From Massalongia carnosa (lineage: Eukaryota), in the NCBI GenBank assembly GCA_965645245.1, contig OZ287086.1:434001-498000 (forward strand): DNA of 64,000 bases, written 5' to 3'. Below the pieces are notes generated by a model that was given only the letters and a program-made list of their open reading frames with translations, ran no database searches and was not told the DNA's origin. Position numbers and translations under genes: made by a program. The number at the start of each line of letters is the position of its first letter. The first letter of the stretch is position 1. Positions 23,108 through 37,100 of the stretch are shown in pieces.

Positions 23108-26100
23108 ATGATGATGATGATGATGTATTCATACTCCGATATGACACCGGCCGTAGGCCGGCCCATGCGGGCAAAGCTATCTAAGTTATGTTACATGGAA
23201 AACCTTTCACAGGTGTAAAAACCATGTCCCATGATACCCATCCGATGTGACTACGGGTCCACGTCGGGCGGGAGACGCAGTGCAAAAGACGTGTGGGAAC
23301 TGTAATGCCTTGTGAAAAGAGAAGAAAGAAAGAAAGGTTCAACTATTGTTGATTTTACAATAATGTTGATGCTAGTGAGAATTGATTCAATAAGCCTGTT
23401 TTCATTAGCCAAGCAGTTAGTATCTTCAGAGTTTTTGATGATTCGGTCAGCTGCTGATAGTCGCTCGTGCCGGCGGCGCGAAACATCTGTTCTCTATTGT
23501 CAATAAGTCTGCAGAACATGATTACATGTTCTGGAGTTTGTCTGTGCCAGCCACATGAGCAGGCCGGTGAGGTGACGGAGGGCACCCGTCGCTTGTAGAG
23601 GAAGTCAGCTAACCCGATCTTGCCAGTGCGGATTTATGTTGTTAGAGCGCTTTCTGCCTTTTTTAGCTGCGTGTGTATTTTCAGCCGTTTTTTGCTCAGT
23701 GGGACTGATTGTGCTATAGAGGGTTCGATGACGCGATTTGATATGCGCACCACGAGTCGTTCCAGACCTTCATTTGTCGTGCTTTGATTATTTGCATCTG
23801 CTTGTGTCGGGCCGTTGCAGCAACGGTAGCTTCGCGGTGCCACGCCGGGTAGACTTGGAACCATGGTGGGTGTGCCTTTGGTGGTTGAACTATTTTTGAG
23901 TCGATCAGTAGGCTTTTGGCCTAGATGTGTTTCAGCTCTCCCGGGGTGGGCTTTTGAAGTCGTTTGCGACCTGCCTTGCCTCGAAGTTTTTCAGCTATTT
24001 TGTTGCATGCGGAGGAGATGATCTTCAATTGGCCTCCGGCTCGGAGCCGGTGCCTTGCCTTTGCTTGTAGCATGTCGAGATGCGTGTCTATGGGCGCTAT
24101 GAATGTCTCTGCTTCTAGTACTGAGATGGGAGTGGCTTTAAAGGCACCGGCTATGGTGCGAAGGCAATTGTTTTGCATGACGGAGAGCTTGCTCGTTGAC
24201 GTTTTTGACTTTTTGACTTCTTTGGGCATGTGCCATACGGTTGACCCATATGTCATGGCCGGACGCACCACGGCACTGTAAACCTGCCTTGCCTTGGCGA
24301 AGGTGGCACCCCAGGTTGATGTGGAAACTTTTGTCAATGCCATGGATTGTTTGACCATTTTCTCTTGCGTTTTGCGAACGTGCGGTCCCCATTTCAATTT
24401 GGTGTCGATTTGTAGGCCCAATACTCTGATGTCCGTTTTAGGTTCAATTTCGGTGCTAGCAATATTGATGGATGCAGTCATGTTGAATCTTTTGGGATTT
24501 CTGGACAAGTGTATGAGTTCGTACTTCGTCGGAGCAAATACGGATCCGTGCCGTGAAGCCTACGTCTCACATTGTCTGTGTATTGCCTCTAGAGTTTTGC
24601 AGTTTTCCTCGGTGCTTTTTCCATATGCCAAAGTGTTTGCATCGTCTACGAATCCTATAGCACTTGTGTTTTTGCCTAGTCGATCACATATTTCCAATAG
24701 ATCTGCATTGTAAAATAGGTAAAGAATGGATGACAGGGGAGAGCCCTGCGGGATACCCGTTCTTACCGCAAACCGCCCGGTGGCTTTTCGATTTATTGCT
24801 AAAGTGGTGCTTCGATCGCTCAGAAAGCTGTTTAACCAGTCGGTGATCCATTTTGGAACTTTTCTTTTCCGTAGGTTGTGCGTTAGTCGATAATGTGATA
24901 CCGTATCGAACGCGCCGGCGACGTCCATGCTTAGCAGTGTGGCTACTTTGTCTTTTCCCTGTCCCCAAATCATGTGAACCTGTTCAGTTAGCAGTTCCAG
25001 TGCTGACTCTGTGGATCTGCCCTTCCTTGCTCCCATCTGTGTGTCGGGTAGGAGCCGGTGTGTTTCCGCTAGATAGGTTATTTTCGATCCAATGATGGAT
25101 TCCATAACTTTACTGAGCGTGTTGAGCAGTGCAATTGGTCGGTAGGCTTTCGGCGTGGTATAGTCTCCTTTGCCTATTTTTTTCAGCGCTATTGTGTTTG
25201 CCATTTTGAAAGCCCGCGGGTGGTACGAGTGTGTGACGCACGCCTGAAACAGAGGTGTTAGTAGTTCGACAAGTTTTTCGCTGCATGCTTTGAGTATTCT
25301 GTTAGATATGCCGTCTGGGCCCGGTGCCTTATCGGACTTGAGCCGACTCAGGGCCGTCGATACTTCTGACTTGGTGATAATTATTGGGCAGTGCGGCGAT
25401 GTAGGATAGAAGGATCCTTCTATGTCGCTTAGGTCTGCCGGTGGTGGTGCGGGAAAGAAGACACCTTTCAGCATTTCGGCTTTTTGGTCAAACGTGTCTG
25501 CTACTTGGTCATTGAATTTTAGCATCGGCATTTTGGATACTTCTCTAGATAGATGACTTTTGTCTTTGGCCCATTCCGCTAGCCGCCATAGTCCCTGAGG
25601 CGTTTCGGTGGCCTTACTGATTTCTTGACGAAAGTTTCTTCTCTTTGCCTTTTGAATGATTTTCTGTTTTTTATCATTGGATTTCATATAGTTAGACCAA
25701 TCCGTTAGTTCTAACGTGCTGGACCATATGCGGCGTAATTTCCTTGTGGCTTTTATTATAATCTACCTAGAAACAAGTCATAGGGACACTAGAAACGAAT
25801 ACAATAAAGATGAGGAAGGAAAAAGACAATTGACAACCCGAACCTTCCCCTATATATCCACTATTGCGCTAATACCCATGTGGTATAGTCGCGATGGAAT
25901 CTTCTCGTGACTGCTGGAACAAAATCGAAGGTGCGGGAACGAAATCGAAAGTTCCTGCGCGTTCCATCTACGGTTTGCCCTAGGCGGTGCCGAATTCATC
26001 CGAGTGCCGAGGTCGTGCGGAGTAGAATCGTGACAGCTTTGGTGGCAATGCTGCATTCTTCTGTCCAGAATGGCTTAGCATATTCGCTAGATTTTGCCCA

Positions 26101-27821
26101 TGGAACTGCTTCGTTGATGACATTTTGTAGAAATTTTTGAATCGATTCCGTGTACGCATCAATCTCGGCAGTGGTGCGGGGAGACTCTGGTATAGGGGCG
26201 TGTCGTTCGGCCTCCCTTAATTTTTCCAGGTTTAGAAGTTTCCATGCTCTGCGTTTGATTTTCGGTTGCGGCTCGCTTCCGAGTAGGATGCGGGTTGATA
26301 TCGGTACGTGATCGGACGATTGATTCAATTCTGGTCTGGACATGCAGTGTTCGAGTCTTTCGATTAGATATTCTGACATGAAAACCAAATCTATCGTGCT
26401 AGACGTGTTTCTTGCTTCCCATGTTACGGTGCCTTTCGGCAGTGTCAACGAAAGATTATGATCATCGATTATTTCTAGTAATTGATCAACAGCAGCGTGT
26501 TGTGTGGGTCTTGAGGGACCATTCCAAAAGGGATGATGCAGGTTGAAATCTCCAAGTAGTATGTGATGCGCATCGGCGGTAAGCATGCTCCGAGCCGCCG
26601 GTAAGGTCGTGGGACTGTCAGTGGATGAATAGGAGGCGGGAGAGGGGTTATACACATTATGGACGTGAATTGTTTCCATAACGCCTTCGGTGTAGGTCTT
26701 TATTTTCAAAGTGCACATGTCGGCCGAGGTGAATTCCACCTCCCAGCTGTCAGTGTCTATTAGGTCGTTGACATAAAAGCACACTCTGGTGTCACCTCCT
26801 GGGCGGTATAGGAGGTGAAAGCCGCTTTGATGAGAACTAAGCGATGTGGGGGCGGATGGATTGCGCCACGGTTCCTGTATTGCAATAATATCATAGTCCT
26901 GGGTGTTTGTGTCTGCTAAGAGGGGTATCATAGTACTCACTCTGTCATTTCTGACATTATACTGCAATATAGAGAGGGATTTTGTGTCCCTCATAGGATT
27001 TCCATCGTTTCGGCCGCTGTGTTCGATGTGAACTGAGTTCCTGCCGTTAATGCTACGGAATCTGCACGAGGCCTACCCAGCACTGGTTTTGCTAAGGCCT
27101 TTACCATATTTTCAGGATTCATGATGCCTATATTAGCCCAGGTAGGTGCGTCGTCTCCCCGATGAGGGCCCGGGGGTGTGCCGGATGAGGGCGTAGCGTT
27201 GTGTATTTTTCTTCTCTTGCCGTTTACTATCTTCCACGTTGACGGAATTTCGTCCGTTTGTGTGACTGTGGGTGTCGACTCTCGTTGAAGTTGAAATTGA
27301 AATGAGGGCGGTTGTAATTCGATTGCATAGAGGGGGGCGCGGTTTTGCATTGCTATTTCAGTTTTTCGCTTTTCAGCTTTTCAGACTTTGCATGCTGTAG
27401 ACCATGCTTCGTGTCCCTTCTCTCCGCATACGACGCAACAGCGGTATTGCCCCGTTGTCTCCAGATTGCATTCTTTGCTTTGATGTCCACCGGCGCAGTG
27501 ACCACAGGCGGCGGGATTGCGGCATGATCTACCGATGTGTCCGTATTTTTGGCAGTTGAAGCATTGAGTCATGGTGCAACCACGTGTAAAGCGCTCGCAG
27601 TCCTTTATTTCGTAGCTTTCCATTAGGCCCTCGGTGATGAGCCGGTTAGCCATCTCGGCGGTGGCGACCTCTATATGAAGCGTCGAGTACGCTTTTTTCT
27701 CTCTGATGGCCTTGATTGACCAGGCTACTTTAACGATCTTCAAGTTAGGGTGCAGGCGTGCGTTAGCGGCCTGAAGGTAGGTGATGGCTGTTGATTGATT
27801 GGCCACTTTGATGTTTTCCAC
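23108..27821 (-). mobile_element. Tad1-like non-LTR retrotransposon (LINE), 5'-truncated within ORF1, inactivated
   Basis: ORF1 with CCHC knuckles (CFNCQKYGHIGRSC; CGHCAGGH). ORF2 has an APE endonuclease (IAIQEP, LGDFNLHH, SSDH), RT (KAPGPDG, YRPIALL, GIPQGSPLS, GFVDD) and a C-terminal CxC..H..C finger. The 3' end is ..gaatac(ATC)n at ~23108-23125. Stops at 27381, 24560, 23921 and 23634. Confidence 0.92.
25754..26035. mobile_element. Solo LTR (282 bp) inserted in LINE ORF2
   Basis: 5-bp TSD GCTTT at 25749-25753 and 26036-26040; termini TAT(T)..GTGACA. The second LINE copy has the empty site (single AAAGC at 43477-43481). Confidence 0.85.
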
Positions 27822-28680
27822 AGTCTAGTATTGAATATAATTCATAAAAACAATTTTTTCATCAGCCACTGTCTTCCGTATCACCCTCCTCGTCCTCATC
27901 ACCCTCCTGATTGTCCTCAATATAGTCCTCCTCCCTCTCCTCCTCATCCTCGTCTAGGTCCTCCTCCTTCTCCTCCCCCTCCTCCTCGTCATTCAAAGCC
28001 TTTTGTGTAGTCCTAGGAGTTAGCGGACGAACATTGAAGCTTGGCCGGAAATTCTTTGACAGAGATTGACCGGAGGAACGTGATTCTGATGGAGGAGGAA
28101 TAATTATAGGTTCAGAATCGTGCTCGGATGATTGCTGCTTCAATTGTCTAGCAAATTTGCTGACATCGCGAGCCAAACGTATGCCTATCTATCTTTTCCG
28201 CTTCAAATATTATCTTTGTCACTAGAGTAAACAAATCAGGCTCGGGCTCAGGTTTAGGCTCAGGTTCAGGAGCACTAGATAGCTTAGAAAGACAAGGAGA
28301 AGGCGCACTATTGCGAGTCGGAAGAACATTCCTTGGCTCGGGGAGGAGGGGACGAGGAGGAGGTAAAGGCGAAGCCGAAGGAGAAGCTGGTGAAGGTGGA
28401 TGGAAGATCAGGAATACGGGCAGGAGAGGAAGGCTCTATAGTCGGGTTCAAAGTATTTAAACTGGTGATGATGATCTAGGAGGATTGATTCTAAGCCTTT
28501 GTTTGGATGGAGGTGCTGAGTTCCTAGGCAATTTAGTAAGGCGATGCGAAGGGAAGGAGGGCCATTAGCTACTGCACTAAATTCTGATGTGTGGTCCAAT
28601 TCTGTCGCTTATTTTTTTTTTTTACCGCGCAGTTTCGGGGTTCAAAGTTCGGCACACCATTTTGCAAACGGGTGTACATG
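27822..28680 (-). other. Unassigned degenerate element/gene fragment encoding Pro-rich and acidic tracts, abutting the truncated LINE
   Basis: PEPEPKPEPEP and EEEGEEKEEDLDEDEEE tracts with stops. A possible DNA-transposon-like terminus (tacacccgtttgcaaaatgg) lies near 28660-28677. Confidence 0.3.
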
Positions 28681-29057
28681 GAGGAATACTGAAAGCGAAG
28701 ATGAAAAAAACAACTGATTATCAGAAGTACTAGGTGTCGAACTCGTTTATTCATGAAAATCTATACATGATTCCTTATCCTTCATAAAGTTTTTTGTGCT
28801 GCATTCGTCGACTTTGTAACCTTTGCCACAGACCTTCACTGCCGCGTTTTATAATGTCTGTCACGTGCTACGATGAACCGCTCCCTTGACCTGCCTCTAC
28901 AGGCGGAGCGAGCGTCTACTTGTGCATCTTCCAAATACGGAAACGACGTGTTTACGCGTCGTCCAGGATAGTGCAAACCTCTAGATCTTTTCCGTGGGTG
29001 ACAACCTTCACATGATTCCGTCTTATTACCTTGGCGAGAAGCTGTACAAGCTTTCCG

Positions 29058-30963
29058 CTAGTTACTCTTTCGGACATCCGTCAGCATGAACATAAAGGAT
29101 ACCAATGAAACCGGCACCGACACAGCAATCCATGCCCATATGTGGGTCGATGAGCTGGTGCCAAGCTCAGTCACGTTCATGCCGAAGATCGCGGCCGTGA
29201 AGGATAAAGGAACGAAAAAGAACGCAAGTTTGGTTAGCTTCGCGACCTTTTCCGCCTGATGCAAAGCGTTCTGCGCTTCCTGCGCCATGGCCTTTTTCAT
29301 GATGATTTCCATGCCGGTGTCGCATTCGGCGGCGTGCGCTCGGGCTCGTGCCAGAAGGTCCTCGAAATCTTTGACAATCCGACGAATGGCCATCTCCGCA
29401 GTGCCTTCGTGGTCCTGATAGCGTGGCCAATCGCAGTCCGCCCGGCCCTGAATGAACGTGATAATATCTTGAATGTATTCCACATGTCGCTCAAGAATCT
29501 GCTTGTTGTAAATCACATTCGACAGGGCTTGGCTATCCTGATGCAGTTCGGCCCGTAGTGTGTGCTTAATCAAATTGAAAAACTGTAGGTTGTTGAAAGC
29601 CACGAATCGGAAAAGATCATGCAACGCATAGAACGGATCGCAGGCCATGATCTCAGGTTTAAGTTCTCGACCATAGTTCAAGTGCAGGCGCGAAGCACTT
29701 TGTGGGATATCATCGTGTGATCGTGGTAATCCTGTAGTGCTGGCTAAAGGCTGGCGAGTGCGATGGCTCTTCAACGCAATATTCGCCTCATGTTGAATGG
29801 TAGGAAAATAGTCAACGTACCCAGATTCCGAGCTCCAATGCCTGGACCTCCAAGGCCCGGAAGGGCTTAGACTCAAATCATCACCGGAGTCGAGCCAGAC
29901 GATTGCTTTCGGAAGCGTCAGCATACGGGGCCCCCCTTGTTTGCGCTTAGGATGTATACCTATCCAACCCCTTTGCGCCTCCGCGATATATACTGAAACG
30001 TTTTGTTCAATTGTAAAATACTCCGAGTCATGAGCCGAAAAGTCCCGCACGACGGATTTGCCGAGGTGTGCTTCGGAGTTCCGCTCTCTGGAGAGCCCTT
30101 CAAAATAATCACTCAACAAAGCTCGCGCTTCCTTCCTCAACGCATCTAGCTCTTTCTGCGACACCGGACAGTTTCCTCCGCGTGTCTTTCGCGCACCGAT
30201 TGTAGTTACGCGTAGGCGAAGCATGTTTCGGTTCGTTGAAGGTAGCGAGGGCAGCGAAAAATAATCTGGCCTTCCTGTAGTTGCCGCAAAGTCGCGGTGC
30301 CGGTAGAAGAACTCCGGATCGACGCGGTATTTGGCCCCAATATGATTGAGCCATTTCGGCGACGCATTTCCGCGAAGAAACAGCAGCTTTCCAGCGGTGC
30401 TGGTATCGTCGATTGATCTCTCTTGCTCGTCACGGCCAGTGCGCTTCGCCGAGCCCTCGCACCCGGAAGATGCGCCGTCATTCTCCATGTTGTACAGAGC
30501 TTCGGGTTTCTTCACGTATCGAAACCTCTCCGTCCCCTTCTTTCCCAGTCGGTAAAAGGCCGCGAATTCATCGTTCTGACCGCGGGGATCGGCGGTTGTG
30601 CCCCGAGCGGAGAGCAGCGAAGCATAAGATTGATAGGGTTCCAACAGATACGAAGCAAGGCTGGCAAAATTGTGACCGGGATAGAGCGAATCCCCTATGG
30701 ACTGCTCAGAATGTGCTTGCACTGCGTTGGCGTATCCGCGCGGAGTTACTGCAGGCTTGCACAACACGGTTGTATGTTAGCGTTATCTTTCTAAGCCTAT
30801 GTCATCACAGTTAGTCTGACGAACATTGTTTGCTTCGACCCGGTTTGGAGTGGAAAGGAATGAGGGTAGGCGACTGTCGTCGCCGTGAGTGGGTTTGGGT
30901 TGAATTTGGGTCGGAACTCGACCGCGCTTGCCTACCCGCTGGGGCTACACCGATTGAGGTCAT
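29058..30963 (-). CDS. Fungal CorA-like membrane protein (two C-terminal TM helices with GMN motif)
   Basis: 569-aa open frame with IGAKYRVDPEFF..H, DPFYALHDLF and VAKLTKLAFFFVPLSFTAAIFGMNVTEL..IWAWIAVSVPV. Probable in-frame intron ~29907-29960; the 5' exon (ATG ~30963) is uncertain. Confidence 0.85.
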
Positions 30964-31987
30964 CACGCTCCAGCTATTATTTATGCAGCGCACCGAGGCA
31001 ATCTGAGAATTATGTTAGGTCAACCTTTGTGCAGTTTAGGTGCAAGACCATAGTCCCGGTTTATCAGGAGCTCACCCTGACGACTATACCACTTCAACGA
31101 AGACGAGCGATGGTGATTCAAGGTTCCACTCCCGGTACAATGCAGCACAAGTCCGGGGGTTTAAATAAATGAGATATGTTTTTCATTCTCGTGGTCGCGC
31201 GGACGCAGCTGTCGTGATTTGAGGTGTCACGACTGGCGTTGGCGGTTCTGATTCGTCCAAGCTCCCGATGGAGAATGGTCAGAACCCGACAGCCTGGCTG
31301 ACCGCAGGAGAAAGTACAGTAGAAAATGTGCGTAATAGATCTTACTTCAACGTCTCACAAGCTATATTCTGTCCCTTTCCGCCGCTGAGTTGCCGTGGAG
31401 TGGATATCAATCTTCCCCTTCTATGGGACCCCTATTGCCAAATGCCCCACCTCTCTCCCTCGCGGTTAGATGAACACGATCCTGCCGTGCTAGGCTTAGG
31501 TGCCCGAGCCTGAGTAACTTCCTCATTCCGACCAGTGCAAAAAGAAGCCAGGCAGCTCGAAAGAATGGTGTAAGGTGGTGAGGCAGATAAGGTAAGGATC
31601 TCTCATTGGATCTTATTGATGAATTCTGTTCATGCCAGCGCATTGATATCCTTGAAATAAAGCGCCCAGTTGATTTAGTGTACGCCATACTCGGGTAATT
31701 AATTAATCATGATATTTACATAAGACCTGATAGCACCCAAGACCCAACGGCCTTCGGGCGACCAATAGACTCACCAAGCCTAGAGTCTTGTCCGCCAGAG
31801 CCAGATAACTGAGGGTACGATAGATGAGCTGCGGTTGGGCTCTTTACTGTATACTGAAATTTCATGCATGTGAGTGCGATTTCTGTTAGATTATTATCCA
31901 TCATATCAGCCGAGAAACGAGAGAAACGCGTTCTTCCTGCTCAGAAACAACGCCACTTTAATTGACCAATCAACCTCTCCGATAGCA

Positions 31988-33985
31988 ATGAAGCGCCCAA
32001 CCGTGCATCTCACGTCGGTGCACTGCGAATGGCATTCGGAATCTGACGACTATCGGATCTTCAAGGTTGGCGAGGACGACTATTTGGCACGTCTGTCTTT
32101 CCAGGTGAGTAGACACCCATCGGCAATGCAGAGAAGCTAAGGCTCTTCGCGCCAGCTCCCCGAAATCTCCCATGGACACTCAGAATGCCCTGTAACGGTT
32201 ACAGTACTTCCGGTTAATCCCCACATATCAATCACAAAAGAATGGCTCGACCGCAATCTACGCATATGTCAAAGTGACGAAATCTTCGATCCGATTTTTC
32301 TTTCCAGCCTTGTCTTCGTCGGTGCCGCCAAGGAGGACATGACAAAAACACCTGAAGCCCGGGAGCTGATCGCACGTCTTGACGCTAAATGGATTAAATT
32401 TGTTCCAAAAGAGCGATGCCCTCAACAGCTGACGCTTGGGCCTCACATACTTTACCACTGCCGGCTCTGGCAGGCTTATAGGCTATGCGATGATGTGTTT
32501 GGAGCCTTCATGATTGGCTTGTACCCACAGAGCCCCCGTAAGTCAAGGCACGTGATGGGATATGAATGCAAAGTCTTACGTTAACGGCACCTAGATCTAA
32601 AAATACCATGGTACAAGGAGCTTTTCGTCGCAGGGAAGAGCTATCAAACCATCAGCATTGCGATACCATCTCGGGCCGACTCCTTGAACTTTTCCAAGTC
32701 ACGCCCTTTAGCAGGCAGACGTATCGTGGTGAAGGACCTGTTCCGTCTGATGGGACTCAAGACCTCATTGTGCAATCGAGCCTATCTCGACGTCAGCGAG
32801 CGGGCTAACCAGACTGCATCTGCCGTGACAGCTTTGACGGACGCAGGGGCTCAAGTGCTCGGGATGACCAAGCTTAGTTCTCTCATCTCCCGAGAGGAGC
32901 CGACAGAAGCCGTTGACTATCCGATGGCTTTTAACCCCCGAGGTGATGGCTATCAGTCCCCTGCTGGAAGTAGTAATGGCAGCGCCGTTGCTGTCGCAGC
33001 CTACACTTGGGTGGATTTTGCAATCGGGACCGATACATCGGGCAGCGGCAGACGACCTGCGCTTGTAAATGGTATCTTCCAGCTACGGCCAACCCATGAT
33101 GCTATACATCTCGAGGGTATGGTGCCCACGTTCGAGGGTTGGGACACACCCTGCTTGTTTGGGAGAGATATCACAAGGTTCGAGGAGATCGCCCGTGTTT
33201 GGTATGCTTCAAAAATGTTGTCTAAGCGCCCCAAGCGTCTCAAGAAACCTGCCATCATCTATCCGTTGGATTTCTTCCCGGTTCAAAACATCATGCAGAT
33301 GGACATTGTCGATCTCTTCATATCCGACTTGGAGAGATATCTAGGAGTCGTGATCATTAAAGTATCCATCACTTCAATGTGGGATCAAGATCCGCCTCTG
33401 GAAGGCAAAGGTCAGTCGGTAGAAGACTACTTGAAAGACACGGTGATCAATAGCTATTACCGTGATTTTTATAACAGCACTGACAAATTTCGGGCAACGT
33501 ATCGGGACAAACATCACAAGGAACCGTTTGTCACTCCGTTTAATCATTGGCGCTGGGAGATAGGCGAGCAGGTCTCTGAGGCGCATTATAAGGATAGCAT
33601 GCATCGCCTTTCGGTCTACAAGCAATGGTTTTTGAAAGCTGTGATGCAAGATGACGAGCTAGAAAGCCTCCTCGTGCTTCCGATCGCCAACGTAGAGCCC
33701 AACTACCGCGACACCCCGCCGCCTGAACCCACTCCACCAACGGGGTTTGATTCTTTGTTCATTCCTCCGATCCTGGGTTCACCGGACTTGGTCGTTCCTC
33801 TCGGTGAAATTCCATACCACTCGCGCATCAGCAACAAGCAAGAGTTTCTGCCCGTGGCAGTTGATATCGTAGGGCTTCCCGGCGCTGATCTTGTGTTGAT
33901 CAAGACAATACAAGAATGCTTAATTGCAAGCGGAAGAAAACAAAAAGTCCACACCGGCTCTAGGATGTTTTTAGAGAATATCTAA
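31988..33985 (+). CDS. Amidase signature (AS) family enzyme with N-terminal extension; 3 exons
   Basis: ATG at 31988; intron donors at ~32105 (gtgagt) and ~32538 (gtaagt). IAIPSR..PLAGRRIVVKD (Lys), FNPRGDGYQSPAGSSNGS (cis-Ser) and GTDTSGSGRRPA (nucleophile Ser); the triad is intact. Confidence 0.9.
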
Positions 33986-34157
33986 AGCTGTTTATCGGGC
34001 TTTCCTTGGACCAAGGGGTTCGCTCGGCCCCGCTGCTTCCATTTAGTATTTCCGTCCGGAATGTGCCGTTCCATTGTACGTATCACTAGAAGCTAACAGT
34101 TTTCATCAATCATCTTTTGACATAATCCTAATACTGACATCCACCAAGCAAAATACT

Positions 34158-37100
34158 TCACTTTGACCAAAACGTAACGAGTGCGTCGAAATCCTGCTCT
34201 GTAAGGTCTTTGTATCCTTTAGTCTCCTGCGGTGAGAGGCTCTTCAGCATCGCCGCGGCCTGCTTGAACATGACCATAGCTCCCTGCTCGTCACCAAGTT
34301 CATACATCACCTTCGCCTTTAGAAACGATGTTCTACCGATTTCCGGCTTGTAGGCCGTTTTGTCAGTGTTCCACACTGAAAGTGCTTGATCCACAAAGAG
34401 TAGAGCCTTTCTGTGATCCCTATGCCGCAGGCAATGCTGCGCAACCTTATGGCAAACATCCGCCGTTCGATGGTGATTATTCCCTAAAACCACTTGATAG
34501 GAAGCAAGTGCTCTTTGATGATAGGACTCGCTCTCCTCAACGAAGCCTTGGTCGGCGCGGACGTTTCCGAGTGCATGTAGCAGTCGTCCTGTCCTACAGC
34601 GCGGTTAACTGCCCATTTGTATCAAGTCCTGCCGCTCACGCTTACCGGAACGATTCGTGATCGTCCTTGCCGAACATACTTTCCCTGTCAAACAACCCTT
34701 GTTTCAACACCTCATATGCCTTTTCGAGACGATCCTGCAGCCAGTACGCGAGTCCTAGATTCGCTAACGGGATTGAGAGCATATACTTGTTAAAATTTGA
34801 TAATTCCTTGTACGTGTCTATGGCTCTCTGGAAACTTGTCGCTGCTTGAACAATGTTGTTGGTCATCATCAACGCGGTGCCCATTTGATTGTAAGCTATC
34901 CCAAGCCGCAGATCGTTTTTCCCGTTTTTCTCAGTTATCGTTTCCCGGATTTTCAACAAGGCAGCGTTGTGGTAAAAACACGACTTGGCGTCATTAGTCT
35001 CGTTGGCTACAGCTCCTAGACTGTAATGAATATCGGAGAGCAGGTCTTCAATATCTCTATGCGAGTTCTGTTCGCAAATCTCGTAAGCTAAGCGAAGAAG
35101 ATCCCTATTGCTATCAGAGCTTTGGGAGTTGCCCTTTTCTGTCTGCCACCTGCTCCCAAGGTCAGTAATTAAGCAGATAGAGACCTGTAGCTGTAAGAAC
35201 AGCAGCAAGGACAAATGGGGAAGACACCCACCAGCCGGCCTCGTTTAACAGCATCGCGAACTTCACATCTAGATCCGAATCTCCTTTTAGTTCATGCTCG
35301 ATGTACAAGGTCCGCAAACAGAGGATATGCGGATAGATCCTTTGACACAAGGCCCACCTTTCGATATTATGCCGCTTATCTAATGACGCTTTCGGCCAGA
35401 CAAGATGAACCAGGTTAACAGCAATGGTGAACCACCACAGTCTTTCTTGGACATCCATCGTGCATCGTACAATATCTTGCAGCAAGCGATGAGTCCAGAG
35501 CTCACCTTTCTCTTCGTTACGACGAACAAGCGACCCACCCAGGAGCTCTGCCCGTGCAAAATTGTACTCGAACTTAGTTTTAGGGAATTCTGAAGGCACC
35601 TCTAGGCTCGTGGGGTGAGACCTAAGAAGCTGTTCAGGAATGAAATCGGGGATACTATCCGGATCTAGAAACGCGAGAAGTTTCAGCAAACTTCTTGAAC
35701 TCGGCTTAAGCATTTCAATGGCCCAAACTGTTGCAACACTGCCCCGAGCTGCTAGTTGGCGTGGTTGTAGCTCTAACCTGTACAACGCTAGTCTCTCCGT
35801 CTGGTCATCATACGTGCTTAGAAAATCCGAGTAAGTAAGCATCAGACGATGAATGATGCCAGCCATTTGAGATATTGCAAGGGGAAGGCCACCTAATTTC
35901 TTTCCAATCTGAAGTGCGTCGTCTGGCTGGCGCGTCTTACCTACTATTTTGTATAGTAGATCTCTGGCATCTTCATCGTTGAGTGGTTTGAGATCGATGG
36001 CCAACGAATTGGATGAGAAAGTGTCTTTGGCAAGTGGATGTCGGCTAGTGACCAGGACAGATCCGCTGATAAAAAAGTGAGTATAATGCGCAAGAACGTC
36101 TGGATTATCTGCGTTGTCGAATACGAGCAGCCAGTTTGCTTCCGCTGTTCCAATAGAGTCGTTTTCGTGGTCGAGGAACTTTTTCGGATTCGAGAGCCAG
36201 CCCTTGGCTAACTCACGAGAGATAACCTGGCGCTCTGTAGTATCACCGGTTTCTTCAAGGCCAAGATATGATGCAATCTTCGCGACGTCGGTATCCAGCT
36301 TATCCTGATTGTCAGCACGCAACCAAAAAATAGCGTCAAACTTGTCCTTTCTCGAGAACACAAACTCTAAAGCAATCTCAGTCTTCCCTAACCCTCCCAT
36401 GCCGCAAATAGCTGCGTATCTTCGCTGCTGTGACTCGGAAGAGACGAGAAGTTCCTTTGTTGGCAGTAGAGCAGCGTCTAGTAGCTCCAGCACATCTCCA
36501 CGCCCGACGAAGTTACTGTTCTGCTGAAATGTCTCTACCATAAAGCACGGAAGCTTCGCCTTCCTTCGGACGGGGGAGAATTTGTCTATGATTGGAACCA
36601 TGATGGTGTCGAAAGCCGTCGAGCCATGGCTAGCTTGTCCAGTGTCGTCTTTTTGAGCGTCGCTCGTTGTCTCTGAGTTGGCTCTTTTACTCAACGCTTG
36701 AGACACAGCCTCAGCCTAAACCATATTGTAGGAAGAGATAGGGCCCACCATTTCGCATTGCGCTGAGTGACGAAGTGCTGCTTGCTGTTGAGCTCGGCGC
36801 ATTCCGAAGATGAACTTTTCGTGTCAGCGAACCTGCTCCAGTTCTCGGGGACAAACCAATCTGAAAGCGAGAAGCTTGACCGACATGTTTTCATGCGCTC
36901 TGCGATGTTTTGCACAGACCTGTTAACAACATCCATAAGCCACCGCAGGACTTGGTTCTGGGCATCTTCAGAACCATCTACTAGCTTGTGAAGACCGAGG
37001 TGGTTCAGCTGAAGACCGAGAAACTGTTCATAAGGCGACTGCGTGGTGCAGAATGCTTTGTCCACGAGCTACAAAGTTAGCCAGTAGCTCTATAATCTAA

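Noticed and set aside
29058..30767. Calling this the housekeeping Mg2+ transporter ALR1/MRS2
   Set aside because: Only the C-terminal GMN/TM module is CorA-like; the N-terminus fits the expanded accessory fungal family.
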